The notes under the pieces are model-generated. The model was given only the letters and a program-made list of their open reading frames with translations, did no database searches and was not told where the DNA came from. From an uncultured Anaerolineales bacterium (lineage in GTDB: Bacteria; Chloroflexota; Anaerolineae; Anaerolineales; UBA6663): a stretch of 64,000 nt of DNA. Shown one piece after another: positions 45,654 to 55,473 of the stretch. The stretch spans positions 3,249 to 67,248 of the forward strand of contig CALFZO010000004.1 of NCBI GenBank assembly GCA_937952305.1, in the 5' to 3' direction. Every line of letters begins with the position of its first letter. Within the stretch, counting starts at the first letter, position 1. The position numbers and the translations under genes are program-made.

Positions 45654-48062
45654 TCAGCCGCCGAGCGCCAGCTTTACGACGGTGACGCCGTCGCCGCCCT
45701 CGTTGTCGGCGCCGGTGGCCTGGCTCTTCACCACTGGGTTGGCGCGCAGGAAGTCACGCACAGCCTGACGCAGCTTGCCCGTGCCCTTGCCGTGGATGAT
45801 CCGCACCCAGGGCAGTTCGGCCAAGTAGGCGGCGTCCAGGTATTGCTCCACTTCCGGCAGCGCCTCCTCCACGGTCTTGCCGCGGATATCGAACTCCAGG
45901 CCGGGCGATTCGGCTTTCGGCGCGCGGCTGGCCTTGGGGCTTTCCGCGGCTGGCGCCGGCTCCGGTTCGTCGTGGGCGGCCGCGCCGCGGAGTTCGACTT
46001 CATCCAGCTTGGTGCGCACGCGCAGGCGCCCGACCTTGACCTCGGCCTCGGTGGCCGTCAGGGCTGTGACCACGCCGATGCTGTTCAGCGCTTTCAGCTT
46101 GACGGTGTCGCCCAGGCGGATGGCGCGCCGCGGGCCGGCGGCCAATTGCGTCTGCGGCAGCGGCGCGGCCGGCACCCGCGCTTTCTCCTCGGCCTGGTCC
46201 AGCGCGCCCTCCACGTCCGCCACCGGCTCCAGCGATTGGCCGGCCCGCGCCAGCTTGGCCTTCAGCCGGCTGACTTCGTCGCGCAGGGCCTCCAGCTCCT
46301 GGGCGGCCTGCTGGCGCGCCTGTTCGATGATCTGGCGTCGCTCGGCCTCGATGCGCTCCAGGCGCCGCGCCAGCTCCCGCTCGCGCAGCTCCGTTTCCGC
46401 GCGCGTCGTCGCCATGCGCTCGCGCTCACCGCGCACCGCCTCGCGCTGGCGGTAGATCTCGTCCAGCAGCTGCTCGGTCTCCAGATTGGCCTGCGCCACC
46501 ATCGTCTTGGCCTCGTCGATGATGGTCTGGTTCAGGCCGAGGCGCGCGGCGATGGCGAAGGCGTTGGAGCGTCCCGGCAGGCCGATGGTCAGATGGTAGG
46601 TGGGCAGCAGCGTGTCTGGGTCGAATTCCATGCTGGCGTTTTTGACGCCGGGCTTGGTGTGGGCGTAGCCCTTGAGCTCCGGGTAGTGCGTGGCCACGAG
46701 GGCCGTAGCGCCCATGTCCAGCAGGAACGACAAGACGGCGCGCGCCAGCGCCGAGCCTTCGGCCGGGTCGGTGCCGGCGCCGAGTTCATCCAGGATCACG
46801 AGGGCGTGCTCGTCCACCTGGTCCAGGATGCGCACGATGTTGGTGAAGTGCGCCGAGAACGTGGACAGCGACTGCTCGATGGACTGCTCGTCGCCGATAT
46901 CGGCGAAGATGTTCTGGAAGAGCGCCAACTCGGACCCGGACTGGGCCGGCAGATGCAGGCCGGATTGCGCCATGAGCACCAGCAGGCCGACGGTTTTGAG
47001 GGTGACGGTCTTGCCGCCGGTGTTGGGGCCGGTGATGACCAGCGCGCGCGTGTCGCCCGCGATCTCGACGTCGATGGCGACGACGGTCTCCGGGTTGAGC
47101 AGCGGATGGCGCGCGGCGAACAGGCGCAAGATAGCGGGCGCCGGCTGGCCGTCTGACGGTTTGCGGCTGGCGGCCTCGGCCGTCAGGATCGGCTCGCTGG
47201 CGCGGAGCGCGTCCGCGTACTTGGCGCGCGCGAAGATGCAGTCGAGCTCGGCCAGCGCCTCCACCGTGCGCGTGATCGGCTCGGCTTGCGCGCCGATCAG
47301 GGCGGACAGCTCCGCCAGGATGCGCCGGATCTCGTCCTGTTCGGCCAGCTGCAGCTCGCGCAGGGCGTTGTTCAGCTCCACGGTCGCCAGCGGTTCGATG
47401 AAGATGGTGGCGCCCGAGGCGGACTGGTCGTGGACGACGCCGCGGATGCGGCCTTTGAAGTCGGCTTTGAGCGGGATCACGTAGCGCCCGTCGCGCTGGG
47501 TGACGATGGCCTCCTGCAGGTAGGGGCCGTTGCGCGGATCGCCGATGATGCGCTCCAGCTTGGTCAGCAGGCGGCCGTGCGCAACCTTGAGGTCACGCCG
47601 GATCTGAGCCAGCTTCTCCGAGGCCGAGTCCAGCACTTCGCCGCGCTCGTCGATGGTGTTGCCGATGGCCTCCACCAGGCCGGGCGTCTCCTCCAGCCCG
47701 TTGGCGACGAAGGCCAGACGCGGGAACTGGTCGCCCAGCCGGCTGAGGATGCGGCGCAGCGTCCGGGCGGCGATGAGCGTGTTCTTGATGTCGAGCAGGG
47801 CGGCCGTGTCCAGCACGCCGCCGCGCGCGGCCAACTGCGCCGGCCCGCGCACGTCACGCGCCCCGCCCAGCGTCACGTCGGTCTTCACGGCCAGCAGCTT
47901 GCGGGCTTCGCTGGTTTCTTGCTGGCGGCGCCGCGCTTCGGTCAGGTCGGTCGTGGGCGCCAAAGCCAGGACCTGGCCGGCGCCGGCCGAGAACGACGCA
48001 TACCGGGCGGCCCGCTCGAGGATTTTGTGCAGTTCAAGGACTTGCAGCGATTTGGCGTCCAT
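45654..48062 (-). CDS. mutS2: endonuclease MutS2
   Basis: Walker A ITGPNTGGKTVTLKT, MutS domain V DELGAGTDP, long coiled coil, and C-terminal Smr domain DIRGKTVEEAL...IIHGKGTGKLRQAV. Confidence 0.93.
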   Translation of the reverse strand: MDAKSLQVLELHKILERAARYASFSAGAGQVLALAPTTDLTEARRRQQETSEARKLLAVKTDVTLGGARDVRGPAQLAARGGVLDTAALLDIKNTLIAARTLRRILSRLGDQFPRLAFVANGLEETPGLVEAIGNTIDERGEVLDSASEKLAQIRRDLKVAHGRLLTKLERIIGDPRNGPYLQEAIVTQRDGRYVIPLKADFKGRIRGVVHDQSASGATIFIEPLATVELNNALRELQLAEQDEIRRILAELSALIGAQAEPITRTVEALAELDCIFARAKYADALRASEPILTAEAASRKPSDGQPAPAILRLFAARHPLLNPETVVAIDVEIAGDTRALVITGPNTGGKTVTLKTVGLLVLMAQSGLHLPAQSGSELALFQNIFADIGDEQSIEQSLSTFSAHFTNIVRILDQVDEHALVILDELGAGTDPAEGSALARAVLSFLLDMGATALVATHYPELKGYAHTKPGVKNASMEFDPDTLLPTYHLTIGLPGRSNAFAIAARLGLNQTIIDEAKTMVAQANLETEQLLDEIYRQREAVRGERERMATTRAETELRERELARRLERIEAERRQIIEQARQQAAQELEALRDEVSRLKAKLARAGQSLEPVADVEGALDQAEEKARVPAAPLPQTQLAAGPRRAIRLGDTVKLKALNSIGVVTALTATEAEVKVGRLRVRTKLDEVELRGAAAHDEPEPAPAAESPKASRAPKAESPGLEFDIRGKTVEEALPEVEQYLDAAYLAELPWVRIIHGKGTGKLRQAVRDFLRANPVVKSQATGADNEGGDGVTVVKLALGG

Positions 48063-48274
48063 ACCTAATCAGAAAGCCGGCCCACTGGCCGGCCGCGCCT
48101 GGGCCGCCGCGCGGCGGTCCGGTCGTGAATGACAGTTGCGGCGATTCTAACCGAAAAACGGGGGCGGGGAGCGGGCGGCTAGCACCCCGTCCGCCGGCTT
48201 AGGCTGGAGGGGCGCCAGCTCAGCGCCGTTTGAGCTAGACAGCGCCTATCCAGTTCTTTCAGGTGGACGGGGCG

Positions 48275-51200
48275 CTAGCGGGTGGCCTCGGCCAGCCGCG
48301 CGCACAAGACGCGCATCACGGCCAGGCTGACGTCCGGGCGCTCGCGCAGCAGGCCTTCAAAACTCTTGCGGTCCAGGCTCAGGGCGCGCACATCGCCGGC
48401 AGCGATGAGCGAGGCCATGCGCGGCTCCTGGCTGATGATGGCCATCTCGCCGACCACGTCACCGGACTTGCGCCGCGCGACTTCGGCGCCGTCCACGCTC
48501 ACGCGCACCTCGCCCGAGACGAGCACGTACAGCTCGTCGCCGGCCTCGCCCTGGGCCACGAGAGTTTCACCGTCCGGGAAGACCTGCTCGGACGCGAGCA
48601 CGGCCACCTGTTTCAAGTCGGCCGGGGCCAGGTCCACGAAGAGCGGCACGCGGCGCAGGAACAGGATGCGGTCCATGACGGACAGGGTCGGTAAGGTGTT
48701 CATGGTAGTTCCTAGGGCGGACAGGGCCGTGGAGCGGACCAGTTCATCCGGATCGGACACGGCCCGGCGCGCCAGGGCCGCGCGCACGTCCGGGTCGGAG
48801 GAGCCAGCCGCGGCCAGGGCGGCGCCGGCCCGGATCCAGGCCTCCGGTTCGGCCTCCAGCAGGTCGGCCAGATGTTGGTCCAGCGGAACGACGGCGCGCT
48901 GGGCGTCGGCCGGCTCCCAGGGCCGCAGCAGCGGCCGCAGCCGGCTCAGCGTGGGCAGGGTCTCCAGTGCCTCCAGGGCGTTGGCCACCTGCGCCGGAGT
49001 GCGGCTCTGCAGGTTTTCCGCGGCCAACCGGACGGCCTCGCGCTCCTCCAGCAGGCCCAGCGCGCGCAGGGCGTTCAGGGCCTGCTGGCGGGCTGAGTCG
49101 CGCAGCGAGTCGGCTAGCAGCCGGATGCGCTCATCGCGGGCCTGCGGAGCGACGTCGCGCCAGAGCAGGTCATAATGCACGGTGGCGGTCAGGCGCCGGT
49201 CGACATACTGGCGCAGCGCGTCGGCGGCCCGCCAGGCCGGCAGGCCCTGCAGCGTCAACAGGGCGGCCGCCTCCCGTGTCGGATCGTTGAGTGCGGCGAC
49301 GACGGGCGGCAGCGCCGGCGCGCCCAGGTGGATCAGGGCGTCCACCGCCGCCTCGCGCACGCCGTTGTCACGGTCGCCCAGGGCCTGGGCCAGCGGCGGG
49401 ATCGCGGCGGCGCCGCCAGCGGCTAAAGCGCGGGCCGCAGCGCGGCGCACGGCCGCGGGGGCGTAAGCGTCGGCGAGTTCGGCTTCGATCAGGGCGTAGG
49501 CCTCGGCATCCCCCCAATCGGCCAGCGCGTTGAGCGCGTGGACGCGTTCGTCGAGTTGGCCCAGCACTGCCATCTGGCGCAGTTGGTCACGCGCCTGCGC
49601 GTGCGGCCCCAGCGCCAACAGGGCCACGGCCGCGCGCGCGCGCACCGCGGCCTCCGGGTCAGCCAGCAGCGGCTGCAGCAGGTCCGCCAGGCCCTGCGGG
49701 TAGCCGGCCAGTGAGCGCAAGGTCTCCACCGCCTGCAGGCGCACCTCGGGCTCCGGGTCGCGCAGACGCGCGGCGACGGCCAGTAGGGCCGAGGCGGCGT
49801 TGGCGCGCGACAGCGCACACAGCACCGCGCGGCGCACCTCGCCCACCGGATCGTCCAGCGCGGCCACCAGCGCCGCCGTGACCTGGGCCGCGGCCGGGTG
49901 GCCGCGCTTCTGCAGGTGGCCCAGGATCTCGGCGGACACCCGCCGCACGGCCGCGTTGGCGTCCGTCAGGCCGCGCTGGGCCACCGCCACGGCGGCCGCG
50001 TCGCGGCGGAAACCGCCGAACGGTTCTTCCTCGCTGAAGAACAGGCTCGGCTGACCGGCGCGCAGCGCCTCCAGCAACGCGCCGCGATAAGCGCGGCTGG
50101 CGCGCCACAGGCTGAAAGCAGTGACGGCGGCGGCGGCCAGCCCCACCAGGTAGAGCTGCGCGGGCGCGAAGGCCTGCTCGCCGACCCACAGCACCACGCC
50201 GGCGATGAGGGTGCCGGCCTGCTCAGGCCCGCCGCTGATGAAGGCGCGCACTTGATCGCGGCGCTCGGCCGGGACGGCGTTGAACAAGGCTTGGTAGGCG
50301 GCGTCGGCCAGGCCGGCCAGCCACACCATTTGCGCGAAGCGGAAAGCCACGATGGCCGGGAAGCTGGCGGCCAGGGCCAGCCAGGCGAAGCCGGCCAGGT
50401 AGAGGATGGGGAAGGCCAGCAGCATCACCATCAGCCCGAAGCGCGCGTACAGCCGGTTGGCCAGGATGAGCGAGGCCAGGAAGGCGGCCGCCGTGCTCAG
50501 CCCGTTGAACAGGCCCAGGAAGCCGGCCAACTCGGCTTCGTCCGGGAATTGCGCCGCCATGGTTTTGGCGAAGGGCAGGGCGATGGAGAAGTACAGGATC
50601 GAGAAAAGGACGGCGGCGACCGCGATCCAGCCCATGAGCGGCGAGCGCCGCACGAACTGGAAGCCGCGCTGCATCTCCACCGCCAGACTGGCCGGACGCG
50701 GCTGGCGGCGCGGCGCGGCCAGGGCGACGGCTGGCGCGCCCAGCAAGGCCCGCGTAAGGCCGAAGGCAGCCAGCAGCGCGCCGGCCCAGAGCAGCAGCAG
50801 GTTCTCGGTGCCCAGCACGGCCACCAGCGGGCCGGTGCCGAAGCCGCCCAGGACGGCGCCCAGAATGCGGCCGGCGCCGAAGAGCGGGAAGAGGCGCTTA
50901 GCCTGGCGCGTGTCACAGACCGCGCCGGCCACGCCCCAACAGAACAGGCCCATGAGCGCATTGAGGACTTCTTTGCCCAGCCACAGGCCGGGGTAAGCGC
51001 CGGGCAGGTCGAGGAGCAAGAGCGCGCGCGCGGCCACCAGGACCACGGCCATGGCCACCGGCAGCGCCAGGTACAGGCGCGTGCGCGGCAGCCGCCCGAG
51101 CATGGCCGTGATGGCCAGCGAGGTCAGGCCGGTGAGGACCGCCAGGCCCATGTACAGGAAGGGCAGATATTGGACGCCGAAACGCGCGAAGAACAGGGCC

Positions 51201-51319
51201 TCGACACCGGTGCTGCCCAGGCTGAAGCCAGCCGAGGTGAGCACCATCAGGCCGATTACCAGGGAAGCCATCCGGCCTTCGCCTGGACGAATCTTGAGGA
51301 GGTCCGCCCAGCGGCTCAT
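48275..51319 (-). CDS. fusion protein: ~12-TM MFS / ATP:ADP-antiporter-like transporter, HEAT repeats, and a C-terminal cyclic-nucleotide-binding domain
   Basis: The N-terminal ~430 aa are polytopic. The middle has PBS-lyase/HEAT-like repeats (DDPVGEVRRAV, RDPEPEVRLQAV, ADPEAAVRARAA, GDRDNGVREAAV). The C-terminal CNB domain carries the phosphate-binding cassette GEMAIISQEPRMASLIA. Confidence 0.8.
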   Translation of the reverse strand: MSRWADLLKIRPGEGRMASLVIGLMVLTSAGFSLGSTGVEALFFARFGVQYLPFLYMGLAVLTGLTSLAITAMLGRLPRTRLYLALPVAMAVVLVAARALLLLDLPGAYPGLWLGKEVLNALMGLFCWGVAGAVCDTRQAKRLFPLFGAGRILGAVLGGFGTGPLVAVLGTENLLLLWAGALLAAFGLTRALLGAPAVALAAPRRQPRPASLAVEMQRGFQFVRRSPLMGWIAVAAVLFSILYFSIALPFAKTMAAQFPDEAELAGFLGLFNGLSTAAAFLASLILANRLYARFGLMVMLLAFPILYLAGFAWLALAASFPAIVAFRFAQMVWLAGLADAAYQALFNAVPAERRDQVRAFISGGPEQAGTLIAGVVLWVGEQAFAPAQLYLVGLAAAAVTAFSLWRASRAYRGALLEALRAGQPSLFFSEEEPFGGFRRDAAAVAVAQRGLTDANAAVRRVSAEILGHLQKRGHPAAAQVTAALVAALDDPVGEVRRAVLCALSRANAASALLAVAARLRDPEPEVRLQAVETLRSLAGYPQGLADLLQPLLADPEAAVRARAAVALLALGPHAQARDQLRQMAVLGQLDERVHALNALADWGDAEAYALIEAELADAYAPAAVRRAAARALAAGGAAAIPPLAQALGDRDNGVREAAVDALIHLGAPALPPVVAALNDPTREAAALLTLQGLPAWRAADALRQYVDRRLTATVHYDLLWRDVAPQARDERIRLLADSLRDSARQQALNALRALGLLEEREAVRLAAENLQSRTPAQVANALEALETLPTLSRLRPLLRPWEPADAQRAVVPLDQHLADLLEAEPEAWIRAGAALAAAGSSDPDVRAALARRAVSDPDELVRSTALSALGTTMNTLPTLSVMDRILFLRRVPLFVDLAPADLKQVAVLASEQVFPDGETLVAQGEAGDELYVLVSGEVRVSVDGAEVARRKSGDVVGEMAIISQEPRMASLIAAGDVRALSLDRKSFEGLLRERPDVSLAVMRVLCARLAEATR

Positions 51320-51390
51320 GTTTGGGTAAGCCCATTATGCCATTGTCGCGCGGGATGTGCGCGGTCGGAGGGGAGCGCGGCCAGCGCGCG

Positions 51391-52485
51391 TCAGGCCGCT
51401 GGCGCTGCGACGGCCTGAAGGCGCTGGGCCAGGTTGCGGAGCAGTTGAGCAGACGGGTAAATCCGGGTGAACAAGAAGCGCAGGATCAGGCGATCCAGGG
51501 CCGTGCTGCCCGTCACGCGGCCGCGTTCGCAGACGTGCAGGTGCGTGCCGCCGTCCGGGGTCGGAGTGAGGTAGAACGTCGCCAGGCATTCGACGGGCGA
51601 GAAACTCTGACGCACGGTGAAATACTCGAAGGGCCGCCAATCCAGCACCGTCTCGACCATGGCCAGCTTCCGACCATGCAGGCAATGGGTCTGGGCGCCG
51701 ACCCCGGTCCGGCCGCCCGGCCGGGCCACGGCCTGGAAGACCAGGCCGGCTTCAAAGGCATACTCCGGCCGCTTGGCGGGATCATTCAGCCATTCCCAGA
51801 CGATGGCCGGCGGCGCGGCGCAACTCTGGTCTGTCACCACGTAGGCGTCCGCGTCCGTCACGGCCACGCGGCGCGCCTCGACCAGGGCCTGGTAGCGCGG
51901 CCGCAGGTCATAGCTCAACGTGGCCACGCTGCCCAGGTGCTCATAGGTCTCGGTCAGGCGCTGAAGGTCATCCAGCTCCAGGCCCAGATGCTCGCGCACG
52001 CGTTCGGTGAAGAGCAGGTAGGCGCGCCAGCCAGTGGCCTCGGCGACGTGGTTCTTCAGCAGGCGGTGGGCCAGGTTTACATCGGATCCCACCAGCTCCC
52101 GGATGCCGGCGACGTTCTGGACGATGTAGTCGCCGTGGTGCAGGATGAACTTGAGATCGAGCTCGGGGAGGGCGCGGCAGGCGCGGCAGGTGCAGGTGGT
52201 GCGCCGCTGCGCGGCGGCGCGCCGGTCGCAGAAGCGGGTGTAGGCGGTTTCCAGCAGATCCAGCAGCGTCTCGCCGCGCGGCACGCGCGCCTCCGCCGCG
52301 TAGGCGAACACCGCATCGCCTTCCAGCTTGGCCAGCGTGAACAAACCCGTCAGGCTGGCGACGATCACGGCCAAGAGGTCGCTCAGGATCTCGTGGGCGT
52401 GATCCAGCTCGACCTGGGCCAGGTACGCCGTGTAGCCGGAGATATCGGCCAGGACCAGGTAACCGTGCTGGGTCTTATTATCCAT
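51391..52485 (-). CDS. DUF2652-like (class III nucleotidyl-cyclase-like) domain fused to an SRPBCC/START-like domain
   Basis: GYLVLADISGYTAYL ... KLEGDAVFAYA. The two Asp residues are 43 aa apart, as in the cyclase-homology-domain metal site. The C-terminal half has SRPBCC-like pattern AAPPAIVWEWLNDP...WRPFEYFTV. The ATG at 52485 is M11 of the track ORF, which starts at a TTG. Confidence 0.6.
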   Translation of the reverse strand: MDNKTQHGYLVLADISGYTAYLAQVELDHAHEILSDLLAVIVASLTGLFTLAKLEGDAVFAYAAEARVPRGETLLDLLETAYTRFCDRRAAAQRRTTCTCRACRALPELDLKFILHHGDYIVQNVAGIRELVGSDVNLAHRLLKNHVAEATGWRAYLLFTERVREHLGLELDDLQRLTETYEHLGSVATLSYDLRPRYQALVEARRVAVTDADAYVVTDQSCAAPPAIVWEWLNDPAKRPEYAFEAGLVFQAVARPGGRTGVGAQTHCLHGRKLAMVETVLDWRPFEYFTVRQSFSPVECLATFYLTPTPDGGTHLHVCERGRVTGSTALDRLILRFLFTRIYPSAQLLRNLAQRLQAVAAPAA

Positions 52486-52589
52486 GGCGGGAGGTCCAGT
52501 CCCTGCGCTGAACAAAAACGGGAGTAGGCCACACTCAGCCTACTCCCGTCGGGCGCGCGGCTCCAGACCACGCCTTGCTCAATGGGTGC

Positions 52590-55055
52590 TCACTTTTGCA
52601 GCCGCTTTTGCAGCTCGTCCCAGCGATCCGGCGTCTCCGGCTGGGGGCGCGGGCGGCGCAGCAGCGGCTGCCCATCAAGGCTCAACCAGCGCCGGGTCCA
52701 GCGGTGGACGGCCCGCTGGAGGCCCTGGCTCCAGACCAGGTTGCGCAACCCCTGCCAGGCGCCGAGCGCCAGTCGGCCGTTGGCGATCTCCGGGTAGGGG
52801 CTGTACTGCTCGGCCACGTACTGGGCCGTGATCGTGTCGACGGCTGGGCGCGCCTCGGGCAGGGCGCTCGTCAATTCCTGGGCGCGCTCGTGGGGCGTCA
52901 GGTGATCGGGCAGCCGCAGGCCCAGCCAGTGGGCGGCCCTTTCCAATTCCAGGTAGGCCTGCGTCACCGCCGACGGCACGGCGCGGCGCAGCCAGCGCAG
53001 GATCTGGCGGCCCGGCCGGCCGAGGCTTTCCAGGCCGAGCAGGTTCGCGCGCACCAGCAGGCCCAGAGTGACGCCGCCGGCGACGGCCAGCACACCCAAG
53101 CCGGTCAGCAGAGTCCGGGCCCAGCGCCCGACTTCGGTCAGGTCGATGGTGAGGCTGGGAGCGGCCTCGGCCGGGCCTTCGTCGGGCGGCGGCGTTGGTT
53201 CGTCGTCGAGCGCGGGCGTGGGCGGCGCCACGGGCGTCAGGGACTCAAACTCGACACTGGTGGGCGTCGGCCGGTCCGGACGCACCAGCGGCGGCTCGGA
53301 CGTGGTCGGCTCAAACTCGATCCAGCCGTAGCCCGGGAAGAAGACCTCCGGCCAGGCGTGGGCGTTGCGCTCGCGCACCAGGTAGGCGCGCGTGGTGGTA
53401 TCCAGCTCGCCTTGCGCGAAGCCGACGGCCAGGCGCGCCGGCGTGCCCAGCGAGCGCAGCAGGATCACCATCGCGGAGGCGTAGTAGTTGCAGTAGCCGC
53501 GGCGCGACTCAAACAGGAAGTAATCCAACGGCTCCGCGCCCTGCGGCGGGGCCGCGATCCCGAGATCGTAGGTGATGTTGTCGCGCAGCCAATCGGTGAT
53601 TGCCTGGGCCTGGTCGAAGGGCGTGGTGGCGCCGGCGGACTCCACGATTTGCCGGGCCAGCGCGCGGGTGCGGGGTGTGATGGTGTCCGGCACCTGCAGG
53701 AAATACGCGCTGACCCAGTCTGGGTAATCCTGACCGGCGCCGCGCAGGCTCTCTTTGTCCGCCACCGAGACCGAGGCCACGATGCGGTAGCGGCGGTCGT
53801 CGCCGGTGAGCATCGTCTGTGCGCGGACGGCCACCGGATCCACCGTGCCGTCGGCGCTGAGATAGGTTTCGAAGGAAACCGCCCGGTCCACCAGACGCGG
53901 CTGCGGCAGGACGTACAGGCGGCTGGTGGCGTTGAGATAAGACGTGAACGTGGCGCTGACGTCCTCGCGCAGCCGATACGGCGGCAGGCGCAGCGCGCCG
54001 CGCGTGGGCGTCTGCTCGCGGATCTCCAGGCCATCGCCGAGCTCCCAGCGTCCGGCGACGTACTCCTGATAGGCGTAGGCGCGCCAGTAGTAGCGCGGGA
54101 CGTCCGGCAGGAGCAAGTCTTCGGGCGGAAGTTCAGCGCTGGGGCCGGTCTCGCGCGGCGGCACGATCGGGTCCAGGACCACCGTCAGGATTTCCCGGTT
54201 GGTCAGCGACGTGGCGCCGCCCAAGGCCAGCGAATTGCCATAGAAGTCCTCGGCCACCAGTCCCGGATTGCGCACCGAGTTGAACAGGCGCTCGAAGTTC
54301 TCGCGCACCGTCGCCCAGGCGCCGTTGACCTGGCTCCAGGCGGTGGCGGCCTGGGGTGACGCCGACGCCACCGTCACGCGCTGGCCCAGCCAGGCGAAGG
54401 CGACGATGGCCACCGCGGCCACCAGGCCGGCGCGCAGGAACTCAAAGCGCGTGTCCGGCGTGTAGGCCACCCGCGCGCCGCGCCACTCGTGTTCCTGATC
54501 CAGCAGGTTCATGCGCGCCAGCAGCAGCAGCGCCAGCACCAGGTAGGCGCCCAGGTACAGCTCCAGCTCCTGGCCGATGTAGTAATAGCTGTTGATGAGG
54601 AGGACAATGCCGCCCGGCAGGATGGCCGGCCAGACGGTGCCGCGCCGGAACACGGCCCAGGCGGCGGCGACGCCGATATACCAGAACACCAGGCCCACGA
54701 AGACTGGGAAGGGCAGGATATCGCGCGAGGTCCCGCCATTGAGGGCGTAGTAGATAAAGTTGTTGAGGCGGATCAACAGTTCGAGGGTGCGCAGGTGCCA
54801 GTCCCCTTGCAGTTCGCTGTTGCAGATGAGGAAGCCAACCCAGAAAGCGCCGTAGACGGTGGCGAACAACGTGGCGACGAAACCTGTGAAGCGGCTCTTG
54901 CTCAGGGCTAACCCGGCCAGCACGCCGATCAGGCCGGCCACGCTGGCCGTCCAGAGGCCAGGCGCCCAGCCCGGCGCTTCCACTCCCCAGGCCGATACCA
55001 CGACCAGGCTGGCCACCAATCCGACCGTCGCCCAGCCTTCATCCAGTTTGAGCAT
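52590..55055 (-). CDS. transglutaminase-like membrane protein (TgpA/DUF3488-type)
   Basis: N-terminal multi-TM region. Transglutaminase core RRGYCNYYASAMVILLRSLGTPARL...NAHAWPEVFFPGYGWIEFEPT (Cys-His-Asp/Glu). C-terminal TM plus DUF4129-like tail. Confidence 0.88.
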   Translation of the reverse strand: MLKLDEGWATVGLVASLVVVSAWGVEAPGWAPGLWTASVAGLIGVLAGLALSKSRFTGFVATLFATVYGAFWVGFLICNSELQGDWHLRTLELLIRLNNFIYYALNGGTSRDILPFPVFVGLVFWYIGVAAAWAVFRRGTVWPAILPGGIVLLINSYYYIGQELELYLGAYLVLALLLLARMNLLDQEHEWRGARVAYTPDTRFEFLRAGLVAAVAIVAFAWLGQRVTVASASPQAATAWSQVNGAWATVRENFERLFNSVRNPGLVAEDFYGNSLALGGATSLTNREILTVVLDPIVPPRETGPSAELPPEDLLLPDVPRYYWRAYAYQEYVAGRWELGDGLEIREQTPTRGALRLPPYRLREDVSATFTSYLNATSRLYVLPQPRLVDRAVSFETYLSADGTVDPVAVRAQTMLTGDDRRYRIVASVSVADKESLRGAGQDYPDWVSAYFLQVPDTITPRTRALARQIVESAGATTPFDQAQAITDWLRDNITYDLGIAAPPQGAEPLDYFLFESRRGYCNYYASAMVILLRSLGTPARLAVGFAQGELDTTTRAYLVRERNAHAWPEVFFPGYGWIEFEPTTSEPPLVRPDRPTPTSVEFESLTPVAPPTPALDDEPTPPPDEGPAEAAPSLTIDLTEVGRWARTLLTGLGVLAVAGGVTLGLLVRANLLGLESLGRPGRQILRWLRRAVPSAVTQAYLELERAAHWLGLRLPDHLTPHERAQELTSALPEARPAVDTITAQYVAEQYSPYPEIANGRLALGAWQGLRNLVWSQGLQRAVHRWTRRWLSLDGQPLLRRPRPQPETPDRWDELQKRLQK

Positions 55056-55473
55056 CTGCTTGGCTCCTCGCTGCGCGCATATTCTACCCGCCTGCCCCCG
55101 TCCGGGTTCACTTGCTCACCATCCGCTCATTTGAGCGATTCCGTCGACTCGCGCGGCCCAGGCGCCACCGCCGCGAAGCGCAGTGGAGGCCAGGGCCGGG
55201 ACGATAGTGGGAGGGGGAGGTCCTGGACGCGGCGGCGTGGAGAGCGGGCGCCACCCTGACACCCGGACCTCTGGGCGAGTCGCGCGGATTCGCGCCCGTG
55301 CTAAAATCAAATCGGTGTGATCTGGTAGCCTTCAAACAGTCTCTTAACGGAATGTTGGCTCCCGGATCGGCCGAACATCCTTAAAATTGTGGGTAAGTCG
55401 CCGACCTGGCCCGGTTCGGGGCCAGCCGGCCGTGGGTGCCGTTCCAGCAGTTCGGTGAGACAGGGCGAAAGCC

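Noticed and set aside
49898-54359. Long plus-strand ORFs (49898-51418, 51322-52527, 52575-54359) opposite the cNMP-island genes
   Set aside because: All are antisense to ORFs with readable CNB, cyclase-like or transglutaminase motifs. Their translations are Arg/Gly/Gln/Ala-rich without motifs.
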